64,000 nt of DNA from contig NZUK01000012.1 of assembly GCA_002701365.1 (NCBI GenBank), positions 32,633 to 96,632 of the forward strand. Reading direction: 5' to 3'. The stretch's first letter is position 1. Each line of letters starts with the position of its first letter. Both the position numbers and the translations under genes were made by a program. Source of the stretch: Flavobacteriales bacterium. GTDB taxonomy: Bacteria; Bacteroidota; Bacteroidia; Flavobacteriales; TMED113. This document shows positions 31,387 through 41,450 of this stretch, piece after piece. The notes under the pieces were generated by a model. The model saw only the letters and a program-made list of their open reading frames with translations, made no database searches and had not been told where the DNA came from.

Positions 31387-31884
31387 ATGAAAAATCAAAT
31401 TCTTACATTAGCAATATTAGTATTAACATTAAGCTGTAATAATGCATCTGAAAAGATTAATGATAATTCTAATAATACTACGAACAATACGTCTAATACT
31501 CAAAAACCTAATACGAACAATGAGATTAATGCTCAAATTATTGACAATAGTGGTGCAGCTGCTTTTGAATTTACAAATCAAGGTGGTACGGTTTGGGATT
31601 TTGGTAATATAGTACAGGGAGATTCTCCTGAATTTACATTTACATTTAGAAATACTGGTAATGAACCTATGATCATTTCTAATGCTAAAGGTAGTTGTGG
31701 ATGCACAGTTCCAAAATGGCCAAAAGAACCAATAAAACCGGGAGATATAGGAGAAATAAATGTCAAATTTAATTCTGCAAATAAAAAAGGAGCACAAAAT
31801 AAAAAGGTTACAATTACTGCAAATACAACTCCACCAACAACAATTCTTAGAGTAACAGGTCAAATTGAAGTAACGACAGAATAA
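31387..31884 (+). CDS. DUF1573 domain lipoprotein
   Basis: Lipobox TLSC; DFGNI.QG, FTFRNTG..P, SCGCTVP.WPKEPI.PG. Confidence 0.88.
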   Translation: MKNQILTLAILVLTLSCNNASEKINDNSNNTTNNTSNTQKPNTNNEINAQIIDNSGAAAFEFTNQGGTVWDFGNIVQGDSPEFTFTFRNTGNEPMIISNAKGSCGCTVPKWPKEPIKPGDIGEINVKFNSANKKGAQNKKVTITANTTPPTTILRVTGQIEVTTE

Positions 31885-31887
31885 ATT

Positions 31888-32202
31888 ATGCAATTACATA
31901 TTTTTTTACAAGCTAGTCCAGCAAGTGAGGGAGTATCTTTCTTCCTCCCAATGATTTTAGTACTATTTGTATTCTATTTTTTTATGATAAGACCTCAAAT
32001 TAATAAGCAAAAAGAAGAGGGCCAATTTCAATCAAACATAAAAAAAGGAGACAGAATTGTTACGAATGGAGGAATCCATGGAAAAATTTCCGGAATTAAA
32101 GAAGAACAAGTTATATTAGAAATTAGTAATACAACTAAAATCACAATTGACAGAGATGCAATATCTCGTGAAAAAACCGCACTTGTCTCCAAAAAAAAAT
32201 AA
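31888..32202 (+). CDS. yajC: Preprotein translocase subunit YajC
   Basis: FYFFMIRPQ, KKGDRIVTNGGIHGKI. Confidence 0.95.
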   Translation: MQLHIFLQASPASEGVSFFLPMILVLFVFYFFMIRPQINKQKEEGQFQSNIKKGDRIVTNGGIHGKISGIKEEQVILEISNTTKITIDRDAISREKTALVSKKK

Positions 32203-32211
32203 AACGGTAAT

Positions 32212-32814
32212 TTGAAAAACAACTTTAAAAATCCTATAAAAATTGGCGTTACGGGGGGTATTGGAACAGGAAAAACTACTGTATGTAATATTTTTAAAAA
32301 ATTAGGAATTCCTGTATTTAATACTGACGATCATAGTAAAATTTTGCTTCAAAAAAACGAACATGTAATTAACAATATTGTCAAAGTTTTTGGAGATGAT
32401 GTTTTAGACAAAAAAAAAATAGATACAAAAAAACTAGGTCGCATTGTTTTTACTAACAAAAAAAAACTCGTAGAGTTAAACAATATATTGCATCCTCGTG
32501 TAATAGAAAAATTTGACAATTGGTTGCTAAAACAAAATGCAAAATATATTATCAAAGAATCAGCAATACTGTTTGAATCAAATACACATAGAAACCTGGA
32601 TCAAATTATTTTAATCCAATCTCCATTAGCACTGCGATTAAAAAGAGTCTGCGCAAGAGATAATAGAAGTAAAAATGAAGTTTCTAAAATAATTAAAAAC
32701 CAATTAAAAGAATCAGAATTTTTAAAGTTGGTTGATCACGTTATAACTAATGATGAAAAAACGCTCATTACACCACAGGTCATGGCAATACATAAACAAT
32801 TGTCTAAATTATGA
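32212..32814 (+). CDS. coaE: Dephospho-CoA kinase
   Basis: IGVTGGIGTGKTTV, LNNILHPRV, KESAILFES, R..RV..RD. Confidence 0.93.
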   Translation: MKNNFKNPIKIGVTGGIGTGKTTVCNIFKKLGIPVFNTDDHSKILLQKNEHVINNIVKVFGDDVLDKKKIDTKKLGRIVFTNKKKLVELNNILHPRVIEKFDNWLLKQNAKYIIKESAILFESNTHRNLDQIILIQSPLALRLKRVCARDNRSKNEVSKIIKNQLKESEFLKLVDHVITNDEKTLITPQVMAIHKQLSKL

Positions 32815-33315
32815 TATTGCTCTTATTTCCTTCTTTAATATTGTTTTTGCCTGTTTCATTAACACTTTATTCTCAGAAGAATTATTAAGTAGCGCTTTCA
32901 TTAAAGATTCTGTGGAAGCAGTTTTATTTAGTGATTGTACTGTATCAGAAATATGATTTATTGTTTTATTCTTTAATAATTCAATAAGATCCCATAAAAC
33001 ATCTGATACATAAATTTGTTGAGAAATATTATATTCATACTCAATAATAATATTCTTAATTAATTGTGATGCTGTTGTTTGCACATTCATTTGGTGTAAT
33101 TCTAATCTATTAATCATGCCAATAGGCTCAATTCTATCTAAAAATAAAATCAATCGCTCATATGCTCTTAATTTAACTTCAAGCTCATATTGAGACATTT
33201 TAGTAGCACTGTGAGGTTTGCTTAAACGATTTTTATTTTTAACGAACAAAAATAAAAAGGTAAAAACTGTTAAAAATAGAGCAATGTAGAGTATGTTTTC
33301 TATAAAAAAATCCAT
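32809..33315 (-). CDS. Conserved Bacteroidota hypothetical membrane-anchored protein
   Basis: N-terminal TM helix; LRAYERLILFLDRI, EYEYNISQQIYVSD..W. Confidence 0.7.
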   Translation of the reverse strand: MDFFIENILYIALFLTVFTFLFLFVKNKNRLSKPHSATKMSQYELEVKLRAYERLILFLDRIEPIGMINRLELHQMNVQTTASQLIKNIIIEYEYNISQQIYVSDVLWDLIELLKNKTINHISDTVQSLNKTASTESLMKALLNNSSENKVLMKQAKTILKKEIRAIS

Positions 33316-33401
33316 ATAAAATAATTAACGCACTAATATCGTTAATTTTAAAATTAATTGAATTAATTTAACACTTATTAATTATATAGCATCATAAAAA
33401 A

Positions 33402-34595
33402 ATGATTGTACTTTCAAAAAAAATTAGAAACATGGAAGAATCGGCCACTTTAGCAATGGCTCGAAAAAGTAGAGAACTTAAAGATAAAGGCAAAGCAATA
33501 ATCAACCTTAGTCTAGGAGAACCTGATTTTAATACACCTGAATTCATAAAAGAAAGTGCCAAAAAAGCAATCGATGACAATTTCTCAAAATACACTCCCG
33601 TTCCTGGCTATAAAGACTTACTAGAAACAGTATCTGAAAAATTTAAAAGAGATAATAATTTAATATACGATACAAATCAAATTATATGCTCTACAGGAGC
33701 AAAACAAAGCATAGCACAATTGTTAATGGTAATACTAGATGAGGGAGATGAGGTTATTTTACCAGCTCCATACTGGGTGAGTTATTACCAAATGATAAAA
33801 TTAGCCGGAGGAATACCAAAAGTCATAAACACTGACATTAAAAATAATTTTAAGATCACTGCTAAGCAACTTAACAACACAATTACACAAAAAACAAAAG
33901 CATTTTTATTTAGTTCTCCTTGTAATCCTACAGGCACTGTATATAATGAAGAAGAATTAACAAAATTATCACAAGTATTTTCAAAAAATAAGAATATCAT
34001 TGTCATCTCTGATGAAATATATGAACATATTAACTTTAAAGAAACACATTTTAGCATTGGAAGGATAAAGGATATTAAAGATCAAGTTGTCACCGTTAAT
34101 GGTTTATCTAAAGGTTTTGCAATGACAGGATGGAGATTTGGTTATTTGGGTGCACCCAAAGAAATTGCGGCAGCTTGTATCAAAATGCAAGGTCAAATCA
34201 CCTCTGCAACCTGTTCAATTACTCAAAGAGCTGCTATTACAGCTTTAAGCGCAAGCCCTAAATGCACATATGAAATGCGGACTAAATTCAAATATAGAAG
34301 AAATTTGATGATCAAATTACTATCAGAAATAGAAAAATTAAAAATCAACACTCCTGAAGGTGCATTTTATATTTTTCCTGACGTATCAGGATATATAGGC
34401 ACATCATATATGAATTATAAGATTAAAAATGCAAATGACCTAGCGATGTTTCTATTAGAAGATTGTGGAGTTGCTACTGTATCTGGATCTGCTTTTGGTG
34501 CTAAAAAATACCTTAGGATATCATATGCAGCATCAGAATCAAAATTAACCAAAGCGTGTGCATTAATAAAAAGTAGCTTAAATAAATTACAATAA
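33402..34595 (+). CDS. Aspartate aminotransferase-like class I/II PLP aminotransferase
   Basis: LSLGEPDFNTP, GAKQS, PYWVSY, SPCNPTG, SDEIYE, SKGFAMTGWRFG, PEGAFY. Confidence 0.93.
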   Translation: MIVLSKKIRNMEESATLAMARKSRELKDKGKAIINLSLGEPDFNTPEFIKESAKKAIDDNFSKYTPVPGYKDLLETVSEKFKRDNNLIYDTNQIICSTGAKQSIAQLLMVILDEGDEVILPAPYWVSYYQMIKLAGGIPKVINTDIKNNFKITAKQLNNTITQKTKAFLFSSPCNPTGTVYNEEELTKLSQVFSKNKNIIVISDEIYEHINFKETHFSIGRIKDIKDQVVTVNGLSKGFAMTGWRFGYLGAPKEIAAACIKMQGQITSATCSITQRAAITALSASPKCTYEMRTKFKYRRNLMIKLLSEIEKLKINTPEGAFYIFPDVSGYIGTSYMNYKIKNANDLAMFLLEDCGVATVSGSAFGAKKYLRISYAASESKLTKACALIKSSLNKLQ

Positions 34596-35287
34596 TGAAA
34601 ACTAAATTTTACATTATATCATGTATTTATTTTCTGGCAGCAAATTCTTTTTCTCAAGAAGAGAAACCACTTAATAATGCAATATATGATAATCAACCAT
34701 ATCATTTTGGGTTTACATTGGGAGTCAGCAATACAAAGTTTCAAATAAATTATAACCAAAACCTTCTTAGTCAAACAGACTATGATCAAATTTTATCAAA
34801 GTATTCACCTGGATTTAATGTTGGTATAATTATGGATATGAAAATTGGTCAAAATAGTAATATTAGAATTACTCCATCATTTAACTTTACAGATCAAAAA
34901 ATATACTACATAGATAATAATGCAGCAGATATATATCCCTCTGGCAATACAGGAATATCCAATTTTGAAACGCCAATCTATCTAAAATACCGATCGGATA
35001 GAATAAATAATGGTCGGGCATATATTTTAATTGGAGGTAATTTTATGATAGACTTAAGTAGTACTGAAGAATTGCCGCAAAATCAAAGTTTAGAATTCCA
35101 TAAAACAAATTATTCTGCTGACATAGGCTTTGGAATAGATATATATTTTGCATTTTTTAAATTTTCCCCAGAGATAAAATATTCATATGGTTTAAAAAAC
35201 ATGTTGCGGGGAACCGAAAATGAAATTAATAACATGATCAATCATCTCTCAACGAGATGCGTAACCATATCACTAGCTTTTGAATAA
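34595..35287 (+). CDS. porT: Type IX secretion outer-membrane protein PorT/SprT
   Basis: YD..PYHFGFTLG, PGFNVGII, LKYRSDRINNGRAY, GFGIDIYF.FFKFSPEIKYSYG, C-terminal FE. Confidence 0.85.
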   Translation: MKTKFYIISCIYFLAANSFSQEEKPLNNAIYDNQPYHFGFTLGVSNTKFQINYNQNLLSQTDYDQILSKYSPGFNVGIIMDMKIGQNSNIRITPSFNFTDQKIYYIDNNAADIYPSGNTGISNFETPIYLKYRSDRINNGRAYILIGGNFMIDLSSTEELPQNQSLEFHKTNYSADIGFGIDIYFAFFKFSPEIKYSYGLKNMLRGTENEINNMINHLSTRCVTISLAFE

Positions 35288-35297
35288 AAGTTACACT

Positions 35298-36107
35298 TTA
35301 AAAGGCAAATCCGACAGAAAAATGAACAAAAGGAGAAATGACTGGGTATGTACTCATAATGATGGGGTCACCAAATTCATCAACTTCATTTTCATTGAAT
35401 TCATATGTACTTGATTCATTAGACCCAGAAAAAGAGCCTAAATCTGGCTGTTTAAATTTATTTAAATTAACAAATACACCTGCGTCAATTTTAAGTCTAA
35501 TTCTTCTTGCTGTACGATGATCTAAGAAATACCATGTAGTTTTATCAAATAAAAAATTACCATCAAAAATCCATGTATAATTTGCAGTTAAACCACCATA
35601 ATTTTTACTAAAATCTCCTTCATCATTAACATAAAAAGCTGGAGTACTAGCAGTACCTCCTCCACTAACCAAATCATCCCCATCCAAAAAGTGCCCCTTA
35701 TACCCTATTTCAATTGCTTTTCTAATCATAACATATCTCCATAATCTCCACCAGCCAAATGATTGTGCTGATAATGATTTATTTTTATTTGTTTTACCTG
35801 GATTAACTAAGTATCCAAATTTAGCATATATATCAGAGTCAAAATCCATGCCGGCCATCATGTAACCACGCTCCGTAACAGTTCCCTGAGAACCATAAAA
35901 ATTTAACTTCAAAGCAATAGAAGGCTGCAAACCTAAATAAATCTCAATTGCAGACCTATCTTTACCCAATTGAGCACCTCTTTTTTGCTTATGGCCAGGA
36001 TCGAAATAATTTAAATATAACGGAGAAGTTTTAAAATTATAATTATCACTTGAATTACCAGGAAGAATTAAAAATAAAATTAATATCGATGCTAAAATAT
36101 GTTTCAT
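35298..36107 (-). CDS. Hypothetical exported protein, probable outer-membrane beta-barrel
   Basis: N-terminal signal peptide, amphipathic strands, C-terminal beta-signal FVHFSVGFAF. Confidence 0.6.
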   Translation of the reverse strand: MKHILASILILFLILPGNSSDNYNFKTSPLYLNYFDPGHKQKRGAQLGKDRSAIEIYLGLQPSIALKLNFYGSQGTVTERGYMMAGMDFDSDIYAKFGYLVNPGKTNKNKSLSAQSFGWWRLWRYVMIRKAIEIGYKGHFLDGDDLVSGGGTASTPAFYVNDEGDFSKNYGGLTANYTWIFDGNFLFDKTTWYFLDHRTARRIRLKIDAGVFVNLNKFKQPDLGSFSGSNESSTYEFNENEVDEFGDPIIMSTYPVISPFVHFSVGFAF

Positions 36108-36161
36108 TATAAACTAAAAATTTGAAATTATTCTAAGCTAATTTAACTAAAAAAAAAGATC

Positions 36162-36911
36162 TTAAACAAATTCAGATAAAATAATTCCAAAAGCAACAGA
36201 TACATTTAAAGAATCAACATCTTGGTTTTTACCGGGAATAAGAATTTTGTGATCTAAAATCTGACTAACTTCCGAGCTAATTCCATGAGATTCACTTCCG
36301 AAAACAAACACGGATTTAGTCTCAGTTTTGACTGAATAAATACTAGTGCCTGATAAACAAGCTCCATAACTTATATATTTTAGCTCTTTTAAATTCAATA
36401 AAAAATCCTTTAAAGATAATTTACAAATATGCACCCTTGACAAAGAGCCCATAGTTGCTTGTACAACCTTAGGATTAAAAACATCAACACAATCCTGAGA
36501 AAGAAAAATTTGCTTAACCCCAAACCAATCAGCAGTTCTTATAATAGTTCCTAAGTTACCTGGATCAGATATACCATCTAATGCTATTAAACTATGAGAG
36601 ATCGAGGAATAATCAAAATTTGACTTGAGTCTTGAAATAACTGCTAAAACATTTGATGGACTTTTTAAACAACTTATTTGAGCCATTTCTTGATTTGTAA
36701 CTATTTGGACAATTTGGGATTTATTGAATAAAGTAGATTTATAATTGCTATTTATCCATGATTTTGTTGCAAAAACAGATGTAACTTCAAAATGAGAGTT
36801 AATAAAATCATTGACAACATGATGCCCTTCAGCAATAAATGAATTATATTTTAATCTATATTTATTATGCCTTAAAGAAGTAATAAACTTTATTTTTTGC
36901 TTAGATATCAT
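36162..36911 (-). CDS. TrmH/SpoU family RNA methyltransferase
   Basis: FIAEG, LDGISDPGNLGTIIRTADWFG, ATMGS, FGSESHGIS, SLNVSVA. ATG at 36911 preferred. Confidence 0.93.
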   Translation of the reverse strand: MISKQKIKFITSLRHNKYRLKYNSFIAEGHHVVNDFINSHFEVTSVFATKSWINSNYKSTLFNKSQIVQIVTNQEMAQISCLKSPSNVLAVISRLKSNFDYSSISHSLIALDGISDPGNLGTIIRTADWFGVKQIFLSQDCVDVFNPKVVQATMGSLSRVHICKLSLKDFLLNLKELKYISYGACLSGTSIYSVKTETKSVFVFGSESHGISSEVSQILDHKILIPGKNQDVDSLNVSVAFGIILSEFV

Positions 36912-36952
36912 GAAAAGGATATTTTTACTACAAAATAAAAAATTTATTTGCA

Positions 36953-39199
36953 TTGATTAAAAATTTTATAACAATTATAACATTTTGCCTATTGTTTTCG
37001 TGTTACAGCACTAAACACATTAATGCAGATGAATATTTATTAAAGAAAAACTCTGTAATTGTCGATGGTGAAAATATCACAAATGAAATATCCAATAAAG
37101 ATATTCATACAATTATAAAACAAAAACCAAACAAAAAAATTATTGGGCTAATTCCATTTCACTTATGGTTACATAATGTAACTAATCCAATGAATCAGAA
37201 TTGGATAAACAATTATCTCAGAAAAATAGGAGAAGCTCCAATTGTGTTAAATAAGAAATTATTTGAAACAAGCATATCACAAATTAAATCCTATTTTGAC
37301 AATTATGGATATTTTACTTCAATTGTAGACGGTACAACGCAATATAAAAAAAACAAAGCTTATGTTTCATACGAGATAAAACCTGGTAATTTATATTTAA
37401 TTAACGAAATCAAATACTCAATAAATAAAAACCAAAATATTGAAAATATAATTTATGCAAGTGCAAATAATTCAGAAATAAAGAAAGGAAAAATTTTTAC
37501 TTATAGTGGATTAAATAAAGAGCGAAATAGACTAGAAGAAGTATTACAAAACAATGGATATTATAAATTTTCACAGGACTACATCTATATTAAAGTAGAT
37601 ACTTTCTCGTCTCAAGCTAATATTGAATTTTTTGTAAAAGACGAATCTGATGATCCGACAATTTATCAAAAATTTCAAATAAAAAACATCTTCATTCATT
37701 TAGATGATGAAAAAAATCTAGAAAAAGATACCACTCTACACAATGGCTATTTTATAGTAACTAAAAAAAATAAAAAACCCAATCTTAAACTTAACATCAT
37801 CACAGATTTAATTAAGATTAACCCCAATAAACTATATGCAAGAAAAGATGGTGAAACTACTTATGAGAATTTGTCAGATCTAACATTTTTTAAAAAAATT
37901 AAAATTGAATTTATTGAATTGAATAAGCAAAATAATATTGACTGCAACATTTACTTAACAACACCCACAAAGATGTACTATTCAATAGAAGCTGAAGCAA
38001 AAAGATTAGCTGACGAAGGTAGTTTTGGACTGTCTGGAAATTTACAATTTGGTAACAACAACCTTTTTAAAGGAGCAGAAAATCTAAATGGTAAAATTAG
38101 AGTTTCATTAGGAAACCGACAAACTAACGTTGACAACTCAAATACAATCTTTAACACCAAAGAAATATCCTACGAAATTGGTTTACGTAAACCTAAACTA
38201 ATCCTACCTAAAAAATTAAACAGGTGGTTGACAAATAGTTTTCAAATGAGCACAAATCTGACAACTTCAATAACACAACGTAAACGCCCAGATTTTTCAA
38301 GTCAAACAATAACACAAAAGCTAGGTTACAATTGGAAAAACTCTAAATATAAACATCACCAGTTAAATATTATTGAATTGAGTTATTCAAAAATTGAGCA
38401 AAGTGACTTTATTTCAGATTTAATTGCAGACAACATATACTTACAGGAACAATTTGAAGACAAATTCATTCCCTCAAGCAACTATGTTTTTACATTTAAT
38501 AATCAAAGGATTTACAAGATTCATAACTACACTTTTTTCAGATCTAAAATTGAAACAAGTGGTAATCTATTTCAATTATTAGGACAGGCCGGAAACCTAA
38601 ATACAAATCAAAACAATGATTATATTATTTTACAAAATCCTTTTTCTCAATATGCCAGAATAGATCTAGACTTAAGAAGGTATTTAATGTTTACTAAAGA
38701 CAACATGTTAGTATTGAGAACATTTTTTGGAACTGGATATGCTTATGGCAACTCTGAAAAACTACCAATTCAAAAACAGTTTTTTTCTGGAGGGGTAAAT
38801 AGCATTAGAGCTTGGGAAGCCTTTGATATTGGACCAGGATCAACATCTTTAGAAGCAGATAACAATTATGCAACAGGAGACCTAAAAATGGAATTCAATA
38901 TTGAATATCGATTTACATTTATAAATTCATTAAAATCTGCAGTATTTTTAGATGCTGGTAATATCTGGACCATAAAAGCTGATGAAAGAGTTGGTAGCAC
39001 CTTTAAATTTAATTCATTTATTGAAGAATTAGCAGTGGGTGTAGGATTAGGTTTTAGATATGATTTTGATTTTTTTGTAATTCGAATTGATTTAGCTCGT
39101 CCACTAAGAGACCCTAGCAAACCCAAAGGTGAAAGATGGGTAGAAAATACTTTAAATGGAAAATTTCGATATAATTTAGCAATCGGTTATCCATTTTAA
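36953..39199 (+). CDS. tamL: Omp85 family lipoprotein TamL (translocation and assembly module)
   Basis: Lipobox LFSC, POTRA-like N-terminus, NNLFKGAE, FFSGGVNSIRAW, DAGNIW, C-terminal NLAIGYPF. Confidence 0.85.
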   Translation: MIKNFITIITFCLLFSCYSTKHINADEYLLKKNSVIVDGENITNEISNKDIHTIIKQKPNKKIIGLIPFHLWLHNVTNPMNQNWINNYLRKIGEAPIVLNKKLFETSISQIKSYFDNYGYFTSIVDGTTQYKKNKAYVSYEIKPGNLYLINEIKYSINKNQNIENIIYASANNSEIKKGKIFTYSGLNKERNRLEEVLQNNGYYKFSQDYIYIKVDTFSSQANIEFFVKDESDDPTIYQKFQIKNIFIHLDDEKNLEKDTTLHNGYFIVTKKNKKPNLKLNIITDLIKINPNKLYARKDGETTYENLSDLTFFKKIKIEFIELNKQNNIDCNIYLTTPTKMYYSIEAEAKRLADEGSFGLSGNLQFGNNNLFKGAENLNGKIRVSLGNRQTNVDNSNTIFNTKEISYEIGLRKPKLILPKKLNRWLTNSFQMSTNLTTSITQRKRPDFSSQTITQKLGYNWKNSKYKHHQLNIIELSYSKIEQSDFISDLIADNIYLQEQFEDKFIPSSNYVFTFNNQRIYKIHNYTFFRSKIETSGNLFQLLGQAGNLNTNQNNDYIILQNPFSQYARIDLDLRRYLMFTKDNMLVLRTFFGTGYAYGNSEKLPIQKQFFSGGVNSIRAWEAFDIGPGSTSLEADNNYATGDLKMEFNIEYRFTFINSLKSAVFLDAGNIWTIKADERVGSTFKFNSFIEELAVGVGLGFRYDFDFFVIRIDLARPLRDPSKPKGERWVENTLNGKFRYNLAIGYPF

Positions 39200-39216
39200 T
39201 TTAAATTTGAAAAATT

Positions 39217-40218
39217 ATGGAAAACTTGAAATTAATAGCACAAAAAATGGTCAGCGAAGGAAAAGGTATTCTGGCAGCTGATGAGAGCACACCTACATGC
39301 ACAAAAAGATTTAATGCTTTAGAATTAGAAAGTACTAGTTCAAGTAGACAAAGTTATAGAAGTATGTTATTTACCTCACCTGAATTAGAAAAATATATCA
39401 GTGGAGTTATTTTATTTGATGAAACTTTTCATCAGAATATTACAAGTTCAGAAAAATTAATTCCTTTATTTCTGAAAGAGCGTGGTATTTTAACTGGGAT
39501 TAAAGTAGATACAGGAGCCAAAAATCTAGCAAATTATACAACTGAAAAAATTACGGAGGGACTTGATCAATTAAGAGAACGCTTACAAGAATACTATAAA
39601 AAAGGGGCAGATTTTGCTAAATGGCGAGCAGTAATTACTATTGACAACCAACACCATCTTCCGTCTAAAGCATGTATTATTGCAAATGCTCATGCACTTG
39701 CTAGATATGCAGCATTATGTCAAGAAAATAATATTGTGCCAATTGTAGAACCCGAAGTTTTAATGGAAGGTAATCATAATATCCACACCTGTTATGATGT
39801 AACAAGTTTTACTTTACAAACTGTTTTTGAACAACTAGATTTAATGAACGTCAATTTGGAAGCTATGGTACTAAAGCCTAACATGATTCTTCCTGGCCTA
39901 AATTGTGATACACAAGAAAACAATAGCAAAATTGCTGAAATGACCTTCGAAGTATTAAACAAACATGTACCTAAAAAAGTGCCTGGAGTTGCATTTTTAT
40001 CAGGTGGGCAAAGCAGTGATTTAGCCGCAGAAAGGTTAAATAAATTAAATAAATTATATCACCAGAAACGTCCATGGCAGCTAACATTTTCATATGGAAG
40101 AGCTCTACAGCAAGACGCATTATTAAATTGGGCTAAAAAAACTGGAGATGATGCTCAAAAAGCGCTAATAAATAGAGCTAAAATGAATCATTTGGCATCA
40201 ATAGGTAAATTGGATTAA
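39217..40218 (+). CDS. Fructose-bisphosphate aldolase, class I (animal/plant-type Schiff-base family)
   Basis: GKGILAADES, GIKVDTG, FAKWRAV, LVPIVEPE-type motif (IVPIVEPEV), LKPNM, FLSGGQS, FSYGRALQ. Confidence 0.95.
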   Translation: MENLKLIAQKMVSEGKGILAADESTPTCTKRFNALELESTSSSRQSYRSMLFTSPELEKYISGVILFDETFHQNITSSEKLIPLFLKERGILTGIKVDTGAKNLANYTTEKITEGLDQLRERLQEYYKKGADFAKWRAVITIDNQHHLPSKACIIANAHALARYAALCQENNIVPIVEPEVLMEGNHNIHTCYDVTSFTLQTVFEQLDLMNVNLEAMVLKPNMILPGLNCDTQENNSKIAEMTFEVLNKHVPKKVPGVAFLSGGQSSDLAAERLNKLNKLYHQKRPWQLTFSYGRALQQDALLNWAKKTGDDAQKALINRAKMNHLASIGKLD

Positions 40219-40220
40219 GA

Positions 40221-41066
40221 ATGGGATGGTTTAAACGAAAAAATCAAGGAATCTTTACTGAAAGTAAAGATAAAAAAGATGTTCCAGAAGGATTATGGCA
40301 TAAATGTTCTCAATGCAAACAGCTCTCTACCCAGGAAGACCATAAAAAACATTATTGGGTGTGTTCATTTTGTGATCATCACTCACGTATCAATAGTGTG
40401 CAATATTTTTCTATTTTGTTTGACAACAATGAGTATGTAGAAATTAATAGAAAATTAAAATCCTTAGACCCGTTGTCTTTCCAAGACACTAAGAAATACA
40501 TAGACCGATTAAGTGAAGCTGAAAGAAATACTATATTCAAAGAAGCCATCAATACTGCTTATGGAAAAATAAATAATCAAATGATTGGGGTAGCAGCAAT
40601 GAATTTTGAATTTATAGGAGGATCGATTAGTTCTGCTGTAGGAGAAAAAATATGTAGAATTATCAAGTTATGTATTAAGAAAAAAATGCCATTGATAATA
40701 ATATCAAAATCCGGCGGTGCCAGAATGATGGAAGCAGCATTCTCTCTAATGCAACTAGCAAAAACTTCTAGTTATCTAAGCCTATTAAGCAAAGAAAAAA
40801 TACCATACATCTCCTTTTTAACTGATCCCACTTTTGGTGGTGCTACCGCTTCATTCTCAATGCTAGGTGACATTAATATTGCCGAACCAAATGCACTAAT
40901 TGGTTTTGCTGGCCCAAGAGTGGTAAAGGAAACTATAGGAAAAGACTTGCCAGAAGGCTTTCAAAGGTCTGAGTTTTTACTTGAAAAAGGCTTTTTAGAC
41001 TTTATAGTCCACAGAAAAAATCTCAAGGCTAAAGTTTCCAATTTTGTAAATATGGTATATTATTAG
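40221..41066 (+). CDS. accD: Acetyl-CoA carboxylase carboxyltransferase beta subunit
   Basis: VPEGLWHKC..C...C..C zinc finger, FIGGS, SGGARMME, DPTFGG, GFAGPRV, FQRSEFL. Confidence 0.96.
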   Translation: MGWFKRKNQGIFTESKDKKDVPEGLWHKCSQCKQLSTQEDHKKHYWVCSFCDHHSRINSVQYFSILFDNNEYVEINRKLKSLDPLSFQDTKKYIDRLSEAERNTIFKEAINTAYGKINNQMIGVAAMNFEFIGGSISSAVGEKICRIIKLCIKKKMPLIIISKSGGARMMEAAFSLMQLAKTSSYLSLLSKEKIPYISFLTDPTFGGATASFSMLGDINIAEPNALIGFAGPRVVKETIGKDLPEGFQRSEFLLEKGFLDFIVHRKNLKAKVSNFVNMVYY

Positions 41067-41098
41067 ATAATTATTTTACCTATTCATAAAATAAACGC

Positions 41099-41106
41099 TA
41101 TATTTG
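41099..41106 (+). promoter_or_regulatory. -7 element TAtaTTTG for rpsO-pnp-rpoD-rpe
   Basis: Exact TAnnTTTG(C) match about 36 nt upstream of rpsO. Confidence 0.65.
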
Positions 41107-41142
41107 CACCTCGATTTATATTAAAGAAATAAAAGATTATAT

Positions 41143-41412
41143 ATGTACTTAGACTCTAATAAAAAAAAGACCATATTTAAAAAATATGGTCAATCTGAAA
41201 CAAACACTGGTTACTCAGAAAGTCAAATTGCTGTATTCACAGAAAGAATAAATCATTTAACAACTTACCTAAAAGACAATAAAAAAGATAATAACACAAA
41301 AAGATCTTTAGTATTATTAGTTGGTAAAAGAAGAAGACTATTAGAATACTTGAAGAAAAAAGATATAGAAAGATATAGAACAATTATCAAGTCTTTAAAA
41401 CTAAGAAAGTAA
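41143..41412 (+). CDS. rpsO: 30S ribosomal protein S15
   Basis: NTG.SESQIA.FTERINHLT, LVGKRRRLL.YL, LKLRK; 89 aa. Confidence 0.98.
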   Translation: MYLDSNKKKTIFKKYGQSETNTGYSESQIAVFTERINHLTTYLKDNKKDNNTKRSLVLLVGKRRRLLEYLKKKDIERYRTIIKSLKLRK

Positions 41413-41450
41413 CATACAACAACACGACTAAATTTAACACTTAAGAAATA

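Noticed and set aside
31429-31893. 154 aa antisense ORF
   Set aside because: Shadow of the DUF1573 gene, with implausible Cys/Ile/Arg-rich composition and no recognisable motifs.
41067-41142. Structured S15 autoregulatory leader
   Set aside because: The predicted leader is only ~30 nt, AT-rich and without convincing pairing.
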